The position numbers and the translations under genes are program-made. From Octopus vulgaris (Eukaryota), in the NCBI GenBank assembly GCA_951406725.2, contig OX597817.1:82956001-83020000 (forward strand): DNA of 64,000 nucleotides. Reading direction: 5' to 3'. Each line of letters starts with the position of its first letter. Position 1 is the first letter of the stretch. Positions 14,890-27,465 of this stretch are shown in pieces. The notes under the pieces were generated by a model. That model ran no database searches. It was not told the origin of the DNA and was given only the letters and a program-made list of their open reading frames with translations.

Positions 14890-15085
14890 CATATATATAC
14901 ACATATATATATATATATATACACATATATACACACATACACACATATACATATATATACACACATACACATACATACATATACACACATACACATACAT
15001 ACGTATACATACATACATACATCCATACATCCATACATACATACATTTATACACATACACACACCCAGATACATACATATATATA

Positions 15086-15132
<47 letters not shown>

Positions 15133-15134
<2 letters not shown>

Positions 15135-15303
15135 CACAAGGGACCAAAGCCATCCGAACATGGCTAGGGACAGGGCAGGGCGGTGGGGGTGTCACTGTTG
15201 CACCTAGCCCCAGGCGAACATCGACGGGGCCAAATGCAACAGTAACACCCCACCACCCCGCCCCGTCCCCAGCCACACTCAGATGGCCCCAGTCCCCTAT
15301 GTT
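15133..15303 (-). other. GC-rich ~78-bp hairpin, G·U-only mismatches on the minus strand
   Basis: Arms 15133-15211 and 15226-15303; 18 mismatches plus 1 bulge by hand alignment. Confidence 0.9.
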
Positions 15304-15347
15304 GTCGAGCAGTTACTGTCTATATCTCTTTTAGAGAATTATTATTG

Positions 15348-15401
<54 letters not shown>

Positions 15402-15780
15402 TCATACACACACATACATATACATACATACATATACAAATATACGCACACACATACATACATACTCATATACACATACACGCACATACACATGTACATG
15501 CGTACCCATACACACACACACACACGCGCGCATCCATATATAGACATAAGTACACACATGCGTAAAAGTATACATATATCTATGCTTACACATACACACA
15601 CACACACGCGCGCCTCCTTATATTCATACTTACATGCATACTCAAAAAATAAGTAAATAGTAAAATATATATACGCGCAGTTATTCATACATGCATACTC
15701 AAAAAATAAATAATAAATATTAATTATATGTACGTGCAGTTACCTATTATATAGACGGATACATACATATAAATAAACTT

Positions 15781-15823
<43 letters not shown>

Positions 15824-16122
15824 CATATATACACATATATATACATATACATATATACACATATATATATACACACACACATACACATATATATATATAC
15901 ATACTTACACACATGTACAAATATATACACACATAGATAACTCTACGTACCTACATATACATAAACACACGAGCGTACGCGTATATGTACATATACACAT
16001 ACACATACACACGCATATATATACATACATACATACACATACACACATATATATACACACACACATACACACATATATACACACACACACATATACACAT
16101 ATATATATATATATATATATAC

Positions 16123-16176
<54 letters not shown>

Positions 16177-16700
16177 ACACATATACATGTGTGCAAACAT
16201 ACATACATACTCATACAAGCACACACACTTACATTTACATATATACACACACTTACACACATATATACATACACATATACATACATACATACATACATAC
16301 ATATATGCATACATACACACACACATATATATATATACATACATACACATACACATACCTATACATATATATACACACATATATATACACATGCACATAC
16401 TTATATCGCTACATACTCGCATATACATATATATATATATATATATATACATATACACACACATACATATACCTATATACATGTATATATACACTTACAT
16501 ATATATACACATCTACAATTTGTATCTACACTCACATACATGCACATACACATAACTCTACATACCTACATATACATCGACATACTCGCGTACACTCATA
16601 TATATACACATATATACATATACACACACACATACATATACATATACATATATATATACATAAATATATACATATATAATACACATATACACACACATAC

Positions 16701-16769
<69 letters not shown>

Positions 16770-16911
16770 CATACATACATACACATATACATACATGTAC
16801 ATATATATATACACACACATATATATATACACACACATACATATATCAACAATTGAGGGTAAAGTTAATTAGTTATTAATCAATTTCACCAAGTATTCAG
16901 TATGTAATATG

Positions 16912-16964
<53 letters not shown>

Positions 16965-16974
16965 CTGTGTGTGA

Positions 16975-17043
<69 letters not shown>

Positions 17044-17158
17044 CTCGTCCAATGACACAGCATAACTATATTCAAAATTATGATTTGAGTGGTATACAAT
17101 GAAAATAAATGAAAATATATTATGGTGTATATTAAAAGATATAAAATATATATATATA

Positions 17159-17205
<47 letters not shown>

Positions 17206-17280
17206 ATATATATATCTTACATATTAAAACTGAAAATATCTGTGTGAGTGTGTGTGTGTATATATATGTATGTATATATA

Positions 17281-17998
17281 GGATGAGTTCCTGGATCTTA
17301 AGAACTTTCCGGTCCAGAGAACAAGGTGTCATCATACCACTTTCTTCCTCCTTTGTACGGCCACACCTTGAATACTGCTGCCCACTGTGGTCTCCTCACA
17401 CAAGACAAAACATCTCCAGAATTGAGTCACCCCAGAGGGCTCTCACTAAGCAAATTGAAGGCATGGCTGCTCTCGATTATTGGGATCGCCTTAAAGCCTT
17501 GAAACTTTACTCCCTCCAGCGTCGCCGTGAGCGGTACATCATTTGTACGATGTGGAAAATATACCGCCAACTTTGCCCAAACGACCTAAACATTAGCTTC
17601 AAGGTTCATCCAAGACTTGGACCACGGGCTATACGTCCACTGCCAAATTCAAGATCACAACATACAAGTACACTGCAACATAATTTCTTTTCCTCAACAG
17701 GCCCTGCCCTATTTAACATTGTCCCGAGGGAGATCAAAGAGGAAAAGGATCCCGTCAACTTTAAACAGAGTCTGGATAGATTCCTTCAAAGAATACCAGA
17801 TAAGCCACCCATAATTGGATACAACTCACCCAACAAGAACTCACCACTTGAACAAAACTGGATACAACTCACCCAACAAGAACCCACTACTTGAACAAAA
17901 CTTGACTTAAACAGGATTCGAATAATCCTATCAGGTGGTGCTATTAAGTTAGACATGGCCTGGACCAATCTCTGGTCGAAACATATCTAAGTTTTCTA

Positions 17999-18002
<4 letters not shown>
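17281..18002 (+). mobile_element. CR1-group LINE 3' fragment
   Basis: ORF 17244..17894: FVRPHLEYCCPLWSPH..IESPQRALTK..YWDRLKALKLYSLQRRRER..LFNIVP..FKQSLDRFL; 3' end ctaagttttctaagttt; inserted in (TA)n; ~42-bp tandem duplication near 17817-17902. Confidence 0.92.
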
Positions 18003-18077
<75 letters not shown>

Positions 18078-18104
18078 GTATATGTATATGTATATGTATA
18101 TATG

Positions 18105-18143
<39 letters not shown>

Positions 18144-18145
<2 letters not shown>

Positions 18146-18425
18146 TTATTATATAGAAGGAGCTTCTACAGGACTAGTACTGTTTCATTCAAGAGAAATC
18201 TTCAGGAAGCTATTTAACAAGAATTGTATTAGCATTTATACATTTAGGCAGGTTTAAAGGAGTGGTGGTGGGGGACTTTTTTGGGGTAGGCATAGCGCAA
18301 AATATCATACTTGGGGAGTGGTCAAGGAGTCAGTGGTAAGTTAGATGAAAGAATAGATAAATAAAAAAATAGATAAATAAAAAAATAAAAAAATAAAAAA
18401 ATAAAAAAATAAAAAAATATATATA

Positions 18426-18473
<48 letters not shown>

Positions 18474-18932
18474 AAAATAATAAAATAATAAAAAAATAAA
18501 AAAATAATAAAATAATAAAATAATAAAATAATAAAATAATAATATATGTATATATATATATATGTATATAATATATGTATAATAATATATGTATATATAT
18601 ATATATGTATATATATGTATATATATGTATATATATATATATATATATATGAGTGCGTGTGTGTATGTATGCATATATGTATGTATGCATGTATATGTGT
18701 ATGTATATATATGTGTGTAAGTGTGTGCATATATGTATTTGTAAGTATGTGTGCGCGTATGAGTATGTATGTATGCTTGCACACGTGTATATATATATGT
18801 GTGTGTGTGTATATATATGGATGCGCGTGCGTGTGTGCACGTGTATGGGTACGCATGTATATGTGTATGTGCGTGTATGCGTATACGTGTATGTATGTAT
18901 GTGTGTGCGTAGATTTGTATATGTATGTGTGA

Positions 18933-18964
<32 letters not shown>

Positions 18965-19151
18965 GCATATATATAGATGGGTGTGTGTATGCGTATAAAT
19001 GCATGTAAGTATGGATGTATGGATGTATGTATGTATGTATACGTATGTATGTGTGTATGTGTGTATGTATATATATGTGTGTGTATATATGTTTGTGTAT
19101 GTATATATATGTGTATGTACGTGTGTGTATATGTATGTGTGTAGGTGTATG

Positions 19152-19196
<45 letters not shown>

Positions 19197-19646
19197 AGGT
19201 ATGTATCTGTCTTTAGGTGTAGATATGTGTGTGTGTGTATGTATGTGGGTATATATATATATATATATATGTATATTTATTGGTGTATATGTATAGACTA
19301 GCCTCCTAAAGTGTAGACACGAATCTGTAGGTACGAGTACGTATGTGTATATACGTGAACGTATGTAGATGTTTGTATGTATGAATATAACGCGTGTGTA
19401 CGTGTATGTGTATGAGTGGGTGAATGTACGTGCTAATGAGTGTGCGTGCGGGAATGAGTACTTGCCTTCTAGTAGACAGACAAATGGACAGGCAGCCACT
19501 GCCAGGATTCTTAGCCCTAGCGATCAAAGATAACAAAAGTAATAAATGAAGATAATAAAATTAAAATTAGGGAATGGGCCTGTATTGGATTGTATATATA
19601 TATATGTATATGTAAATTTGTATGTATGTATGTGTGTATGTGTAGG

Positions 19647-19693
<47 letters not shown>

Positions 19694-20241
19694 ATATATA
19701 TGTGTATGTGTGTATGTGTGTGTAGATACGTATACATGTGTGTATAGGTATAAGTGAGAATCTCCTTATTTACCTATAACTCTATCCCCCTTTTTTTATA
19801 TATATATTTTTTTATATATATATTTTATATATATATTTTTTTTATATATATTTTTTATATTTTTTATTTTTTTATTCTTTTATTTTATCTTTTTATTTTT
19901 CATTTTTATTTTATTTTTTTATTTTTTTATTTTTTTATTTATCTATTTTTTTATTTATCTATTCTTTCATCTAACTTACCACTGACTCCTTGACCACTCC
20001 CCCAAGTATGATATTTTGCGCTATGCCTACCCCAAAAAAGTCCCCCACCTCCACTCCTTTAAACCTGCCTAAATGTATAAATGCTAATACAATTCTTGTT
20101 AAATAGCTTCCTGAAGATTTCTCTTGAATGAAACAGTACTAGTCCTGTAGAAGCTCCTTCTATATAATAAATTAATTTTACTCTGCTATGTATTGAGTAC
20201 CTTACTTACTGTGGTTAACCCCGAATCAACCCGGGACCTAC
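18144..20241 (+). mobile_element. Non-autonomous hammerhead-bearing element (copy B) with inverted 5' repeat and 3' tail
   Basis: 18144-~18420 is the reverse complement of ~19900-20172; 20173-20241 is an unpaired extension; hammerheads at 18161-18211 (-) and 20105-20155 (+). Confidence 0.82.
20105..20155 (+). ncRNA. Type-I hammerhead motif
   Basis: agcttc-CTGAAGA-tTTCtcttGAAt-GAAA-CAGtactagtcCTG-TA-gaagct; 6-bp helix I, GUA triplet; helix II opens with a T-T mismatch. Confidence 0.78.
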
Positions 20242-20280
20242 ACATATATATATATATATATATATATATCTAATATATAT

Positions 20281-20698
20281 ATGCTTTCGGTGTAAATGGT
20301 TTTGTTATACAACGCCGTATTTTACAATCCTGTAAATAATAATAATGGTATTTTTATATAAGCTTAAAATTCATGGCGTTCACCGTGCAATGACTAAGGA
20401 AAATATTCTAATAACGGGACATATAAGACCGCGACAGAAAAAGGAATGCTATCCCATCCGCGTGTAAGGGTACCACGCTTAGTCATATTAATAAAGGAAT
20501 GTGGGCTCGCCTCCCACGCAGATGAGAAATCCTTCTTTTTTCCGTCGAGTGCTTATATGCCCTGTTATTAGTCTCTTTTCCTTAGTCTTTACACGATGAA
20601 TGGCATAAGCTTTAAGCTTATATAAAAATACCATTAATATTATTTAGAGGATTGTATAATACGGCACTCTATAATAAAGCCATTCACACCGAAAGCAT
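20281..20698. mobile_element. Foldback/MITE-like element in (TA)n
   Basis: Ends atgctttcggtgt...acaccgaaagcat; ~190-bp imperfect inverted arms; non-coding. Confidence 0.8.
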
Positions 20699-21315
20699 AT
20701 ATATATATATATATATATATATATGCTTATTATAGCATACACACACACACATATATATATATATTATTGATATGTATACATATATTCTATTATGTTAAGG
20801 GCATTACTACACGTAAATTCCTCACGCTATGAAGGACTCTTAAAGTCAAAACTACCATAATAAATATACAGTGTACCGACAGCGAGGAAATGCAACTTGG
20901 AAGCCGTCCTTTAAAAACAGATTCTGCTGGAAATCATATGATTTCATAGTTAGTGTACATAATCCACTTTCTAATCGTCAGTGAAGGCATAATCAAGACA
21001 CATAAAAATTAACTAACATACCAAACATACCAAACGATCACCAAATGTATCCAACATAACACATAGAAATGTTCACACTTATATATCTATGTAAAAGGCA
21101 AGTTTTTCAAATTACATCTCGGTACACGTGTATATTCCGATATTCCGAATATATTCAGTACTGAACATATTCCGGTTAAATTTTAAATTAATTACAGGAT
21201 AAGATCTATATAATTTATCAAGGAGTCAGCGTGAAAATGAAATAAGGGTAAACTTTATAATTATTCCCTTTAAATACATATTAAAGGCATTACTACACAT
21301 ACACACACACACGCG

Positions 21316-21367
<52 letters not shown>

Positions 21368-21368
<1 letters not shown>

Positions 21369-21778
21369 TTTTTTTTTCTAAAAAATTTTATCCTACATTA
21401 GATGTAAATTTAATAGTGTTCACTTGCGGACTCTCTCAATCTGTGAAAGTTTCTAGTTCGAATCACACATGTCTCGAGATGTGCTGAAGATTTTCTATTT
21501 TGGATATATTTGTGGTACTTAGGTCTGCTCGGGACTTAGTGCTTGCTTTTTCCATGAGTATGAATAAGTATTTCATTTATGTCTTTCGTATTTATCGCTG
21601 ACGAGGAGAAAATTCTTATGAATTAACTCTGAAATTGGGACCAATACGGTAATGACGGAATTTTTTAGAAATTTCTATCGACGTGCTTCGAGACGCATAA
21701 ATTATAATGGTTATTGACAATTTGTCTATTTTCGGCATATTTGGTATTAGAATTTTTCTTTTGCCCTTATTTTATAAG

Positions 21779-21780
<2 letters not shown>
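21368..21780 (+). mobile_element. Hammerhead-bearing short element (same family as 47794-48600)
   Basis: Collinear with 48200-48600; flanked by (TA)n. Confidence 0.8.
21592..21652 (+). ncRNA. Type-I hammerhead ribozyme
   Basis: ttatcg-CTGACGA-GGAG..CTCT-GAAA-TTGGgaCCAA-TA-cggtaa. Confidence 0.82.
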
Positions 21781-21852
<72 letters not shown>

Positions 21853-22387
21853 CTGACACCATTACAATTTATAAACAATTGAGAGAAATGGAATAATTTC
21901 AGAATTGTTTGCCTTGTACACTCAGGAGGAAGAGAGATATCCTTAGGCTGAATTTTTGTACCATGTGGTGGTATTAAACCAGGTGACAGATTGCTGAGGA
22001 TTCCAAAACTCATAAGATTATTGAAGCATCACGGAAAACGTAGCTTTTCTGCAGTATATTTCGGGAAGATCAAATTGCCACAACCCAACCCACTAGAAGA
22101 TATAAACTTAGGGAAATTTGATTACAACTCTAGAAATATAACGAAACTTAGAAATCTTACGATGCTACTATAACTGGTGTGTATGTGTATTTCTCCGGTC
22201 CTACAATAATTATTTACAATTTAGTACCATCCAATTATTTTCAACATGGCAACTGCACTGATTCAGGAAAAATATAATGTTCGGTATAATCTGGATAAAA
22301 ATGGCTGATAACAGACTAAGAGTCACCGACACCTGTTTATTGTGTAATAATCTATCGGCATTTACATCCTCAGTATTAGAAATATTC

Positions 22388-22592
22388 TGTTTTACTCTAG
22401 GCACAAGGCCCGTAATTTTGGGGAAGGGAGTCAGTTGATTAGATCGACCGCAGTACGTAACTGATACTTAATTCATCGTCCCAGAAAAGATGAAGGGATA
22501 AGTTGACCTTGGAGGAATTTGAACTCAGAGCGTAAGACAGACAAAATACCGCTAAGCCCAGCTTGCTAACGTTTCTGCCAGCTCGTCGCCTT
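22388..22592 (-). mobile_element. tRNA-derived SINE, family A
   Basis: Minus begins ggcgacgagcTGGCAGAAACG...GAGTTCAAATTCC; tail ...gggccttgtgcctagagta. Confidence 0.9.
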
Positions 22593-23904
22593 AGTATTAC
22601 GAGCGAATAGTTATTAAGATACACTTAAAGAGGAAGGATTAGTTATCAATCCAGGAGAAAAATCGAACAAGAGTACTATTTACATTCAGATTAAGTAAAA
22701 TAATGTGAACTATTCAATATCTACCAAAGTAATCGATCCACTTTACCTTCGATTAAATTTCAATAAAATGAAAATTTATTACATTGATATACATATAAAT
22801 AAAATATCAAGGAAATACTGAGCTCTATGGATATAGTAGAGCACGAAAGAGAAAGTCAGATTGAAATTATCAGAGTAGGGAAAGTTCTGTGGGGTGGGAA
22901 TAATAAAACATGGTGTCAGACTTTGTATGCTGGTAAATATAGCTATTCATTATACTAATAACATATCTTTAAATGCATATCTCCCTATGTATGTATGTAT
23001 GTATGTATGTATGTATGTATGTATGTATGTATGTATGTATGTATGTATGTATGTATGTATGTATGTATGTCAGAATATGTAATCTCTTAATTGATTATTA
23101 ATTTTGCAGACTAAGGAAATCAAATGTATTAAATTTAGTTTCATTAGTACATGAATATTTCAATTACTTTAATTAGGAACTGCTAACTTCCTTCAGTGTT
23201 TCTTTTATCTCCATTTAGTTTCATATTGTTCCGTGTGATTAAACATTTTGCGGTAATGTAAAGTATATTATATCTTATTCTGTTATGAATGGAAATTAAG
23301 TTTTTTTTAATATACTTTTTCAATTAGGTTTTCAAATATTCGATGATCGAATATCGTTTTCAGGAATATCTTTAAAATTCAATTTTCACATTACACAGCT
23401 CAAGTTATATTGTTTAATGTTAAGTTAGGATACAGACATTTTTAGTTTCTGTATGAAGGGGATTACATGTCACCTGACTTAGTAGGGGTGTTTCTTGTAG
23501 CAGTTTATTAACAACATATTGATATCTAAAAATTAAACATTGAATTATAACTTTGACAAAAGGTCATCTATTCGTAGCGAAACAGTATATAGTCAACTTT
23601 ATCGATATATTTATAGTCCACTTTTTTTTTATCGATATCGTCAAAAAAGGAACGAAAGATGAAACGAATTACGCAGAGATTTGGCGTCAGAGTGCAAAAG
23701 GCATAAAGTAAATGAATGAATTTCCATTAATTTCGAAAATGAATATTCAATTTTACAGTTCAGCTGAACTGCTAGTTCATTGCATAAGCATCAAAGCTAC
23801 TGAGCCTGTTATAGATGCACTCCATTTAATGAGCTCCCACACAATTTTCAACCAAACCTCACTTAAAATCATCAGTGGAAATGGTAAATGTAATTTCTTT
23901 AAAA

Positions 23905-23978
23905 TAACCCACAGCTGGAGTGAAACCGGGATCCCATTATTAAAAAGCGGACACCTCAACGATTCAGCCACGCTGCCT
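23905..23978 (-). mobile_element. Degenerate tRNA-like SINE head
   Basis: Minus ggcagcgTGGCTGAATCGttgagg...cccGGTTTCACTCC. Confidence 0.45.
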
Positions 23979-25121
23979 TACAAAGTTTTGCCACTAAATA
24001 CTGCAACACCTTCATGCCTATACTCCACTATTACGGCAGCTCGTTATTAGATGTTGTTTTAACGAAATGTAATCACTACTGTATTATCATGCATCATCGT
24101 ATTACTGACTGCCGAAAGTGGAACCTGCACACTTTTTCTGCTAATTTATATTACATACATTTAGCAAAGTTGAATTACGTTATGGTATGTCTAAGCGTTT
24201 GAACTTGCATTACGTTTACATGGTATGGAATGTCCATATCATTTAAATTATAACTGCGATGTGTTCTGCCGAAATATCTGCAAACTGTCAGCTTCGTCTT
24301 TACTCCATTACGGCTTTTGCTAAATTTATAACAAAAAACAAAACAAAACATGATTTGCATAAATATGTAAACACTATGTTTCCAAATAGCACATATATGA
24401 AGTTTTGATATGTTTGCCTATATATATATTTCATGAAAGTTACGAATCAACATCACAATATTTTCCTCCTCAAGTTTCTAAGGAGAATTTCAATTGACTC
24501 TCAAATGCCATTTTAATAACAAGTTTTCAAGAATGTTGGCAAAGCCTAGTTATTAAAAATATGAAATCACAGAGAATTGGTATTGCAGGGTAATTTTCGA
24601 AAAAAAGATTTGCTTTGAAAGTACATGGAGATATTTTTACTAAAATATTGATACATAAAGAACGCCTACAATCATAAATACACGATTTGTGACTTACTGG
24701 GAGAGTCGCTATGTAATCACATGATTCGCTTGAAATAGCAATCAAAATCTCTCTGAAATTGTATTTTACTATCTTGAATAAATAAAAATTTAAAAACGAA
24801 AAAAGAAAGAATTATGCAATGATAATAATATACTAAAATTACAATAATGTAGGACAGTTATGGCTTCCTCTCCTATAAATGTCTCCCAGCTTCTGGAATG
24901 CGCTTCGTTGGTTTGAAATAGCCCACTTTGATTATGTAAATTATGGGTACGACTACCACCAGACGGACGCCATACACTACTACGAAGAAATCTATGTGTA
25001 TATACTATAAACGCCTACGCATTTATATACAATATATGCATTTATATATGTATCAATATTTATGTATATATATATATATATATACATACATACACACATA
25101 TAAATATATAGATATATACAT

Positions 25122-25170
<49 letters not shown>

Positions 25171-25247
25171 TAAATAAAACACATGCATATATATATATAC
25201 ACATATATGTACGTACCTACATATACATGTATATATACACGCATATA

Positions 25248-25704
25248 TGAGTACAGGACACCAAAAAAACGTCGAACACAATGAGAAACGAAAACATAGA
25301 CACAAACCCAAGGAACTGGACATTTTTCTTAAACAACAAAAAAATAGAGTACAGGACAAATAACACAAGGAAAAAACCCCTTCTTCAGTCGCCATGGTTT
25401 CATCTACTCTACGTTTCGAAGGTGAAGGCGAGACGTATCTTCGATAGAAACTTTCTTTCCTGCGAAAAGCAATCAAATAAAATTTGTGATCTTTTTGCAG
25501 AGGGGTAAGAATGGTAACAAAAACTGGACAGTAACGACAGTACAAAATATGAGCAGTAAAAGACAGGACAAGGAAAATAACAAGACAAGAAGGGCTGTTA
25601 AGCCGAACGAAAAAAACGTATTACGAATGCTATTTCTGTGAACGGCGAAGGGAGCAAAGAAAATTGCCGTCCACACCTCAAGAAGGTCAGGCGAGAAAGA
25701 AGGT

Positions 25705-25708
<4 letters not shown>
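25248..25708 (-). mobile_element. Interspersed repeat in (TA)n with hammerhead-like fragments
   Basis: Discrete non-coding block between microsatellites; minus strand has ccttc-GAAACGTA and CTGAAGA-agggg but no closable helix I. Confidence 0.4.
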
Positions 25709-25746
<38 letters not shown>

Positions 25747-25833
25747 CAAATATATATATATATATATATATAGATATAAATACATACAAATATATATACA
25801 TACAAATACATATATATATATATATATACAAAT

Positions 25834-25923
<90 letters not shown>

Positions 25924-26334
25924 CGTGGAAGAGAAATGCATTCGTTTCATATAGTTTAATAGCTTTTTATAAATATATATACATATATGGATTTCGTGAA
26001 ATCCAACCGGTTTTCGCCGTTTAAATTAGCTTTTCAATGGACATGTGCAGAATAAATTCTTGTGACAGAGAGGTCTCGTCATTTTGGATGTTTGAAAAAT
26101 AAGAATGAGTCTAGAGAGTGAACCGATTTTCTATATTTGATTAATTATGAAAATAATTTCAAATTCAACCATGACAATGTTAACACCACTATTTGAATTG
26201 TACTTTATATTATCGGCCCGGGGAGATGAAAAGCAAAGCTGACGTCGGTGTTATTTGAACTCGGAATGTAAATAACCGGAAGTAATGCCACTAATTATTT
26301 TGTACTTCTCGTTAGGATTTCTTCCTCTGTATTT

Positions 26335-26548
26335 GTTTCAAAATTTGGCACAAGGCTAACAATTTCGGAGAAGGGAGTAAGTCGATTACATCTACTCCAG
26401 TGCTTAACTTGTACTCATTTTATAGACACTGGAATGATGAAAAGGCAAAACCGACCTCGGCAGAATTTAAACTCAGAATATAAATACAGACGAAATGCTG
26501 CTAAGCATTTTGCCAAATGTGCTAACGATTCTGCCAGGTCACCGCCGT
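26335..26548 (-). mobile_element. tRNA-derived SINE, family A (a partial copy also at ~26210-26300)
   Basis: Same core and A/B boxes as 22388-22592. Confidence 0.85.
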
Positions 26549-26584
26549 AATTCTACTACTATATTAATGAAAATAATCTTATAT

Positions 26585-27465
26585 TCTCAAAAATGTATGC
26601 AACTGAAAGGTATTAAAACAGTTTCGAATTATCTCACCGGAATGATATTATGTAGTTATTGATAAAAAAGAATGAGGATTTTAAACACGGGTGCAGATGC
26701 ATTTAGATGAGTTTCTGAAATGAGTCAGATTCTCGATTAGAGACGTTTCTTTTCACTTATGCTTCCGATGTCTTGGAAAGAATTATGAACGTTGTAATAA
26801 TCTATTTCTCGTTACACCGTGTTCTTCGCTTCTGTAGAATAAGAGAATTTTCTCCTAGGAACCGAGCCGAAGTTCAGAAGGTGGTGTTTTAATTTTTGGT
26901 TGAAACTATTCCAGCACCCTTTACATCGCTAACTCATTTATAAATACCTGATCCTTCTAACCTCTCATTTCTGTCTCGTAGATCTTGTTCTTAGGTTTGA
27001 GCAGGCAATCAATACCGTATGTATTATCCTTGTTCAATTACTGTAGGTTCGTAATAGCAATATCATGTGAATTCAGTTAATTTAAATGTTTGGCTCCTAT
27101 CCTAAAATCTTATAAATACTCTGAAAAGAAACCAATGCATTTTCATTCACGTTTCTAATATAGTCAAACAGAAGGAAAGCCAGTGAATGAAAGGCGTCAA
27201 GGAACGTGTTAGTGTTAATAATAGCTATACATGCCGGATTGTATTTGGAAAATAAAATCTCGTCAGTAGTATTCAACTTCATTTTGCTCATGGCTTCCTT
27301 CAGAACCCGGATTACATCTGACCTGACATAGACGCTATCAGTTGAAAATATTTTCCAAATTGCAATGCTTGTTAATTGCTGCCAGGTCGTACAAAAATGA
27401 AATATTTGTAAATACCTTATAAAAACATCCATTCTATACTGGTACAGCTTTGTTTTATAAAACAA
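26585..27465 (-). mobile_element. Ancient CR1/L2-like RT remnant
   Basis: ORF 27097..27465 and downstream frames resemble RT segments (AFLLFDYIRNV ~ PLLF..YINDL; LQ*LNK..GIDCLLK ~ LQ.DLN..W..DWLL); heavily decayed. Confidence 0.4.

Larger units (their letters stand above)
13658..16850 (-). mobile_element. Non-autonomous hammerhead-bearing element with microsatellite-derived body (copy A)
   Basis: Unique blocks 13658-14040 and 14490-14810 are reverse complements of 19745-20241 and 19275-19585; hammerhead at 13744-13794; right boundary approximate. Confidence 0.75.

Noticed and set aside
25385-25450. Type-II (permuted) hammerhead on the minus strand
   Set aside because: GAAACGTA and CTGAAGA are present but the intervening sequence cannot form helix I.
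26750-27110. Minus frame interrupted only by TAA/TAG (alternative genetic code?)
   Set aside because: Only seven stops in AT-rich DNA, with several frames examined; the region is better explained as a decayed CR1-like RT.
27097-27465. ORF with STDSVYV resembling the PolB DTDS motif, or a host exon
   Set aside because: No other polymerase motifs and no convincing splice context.
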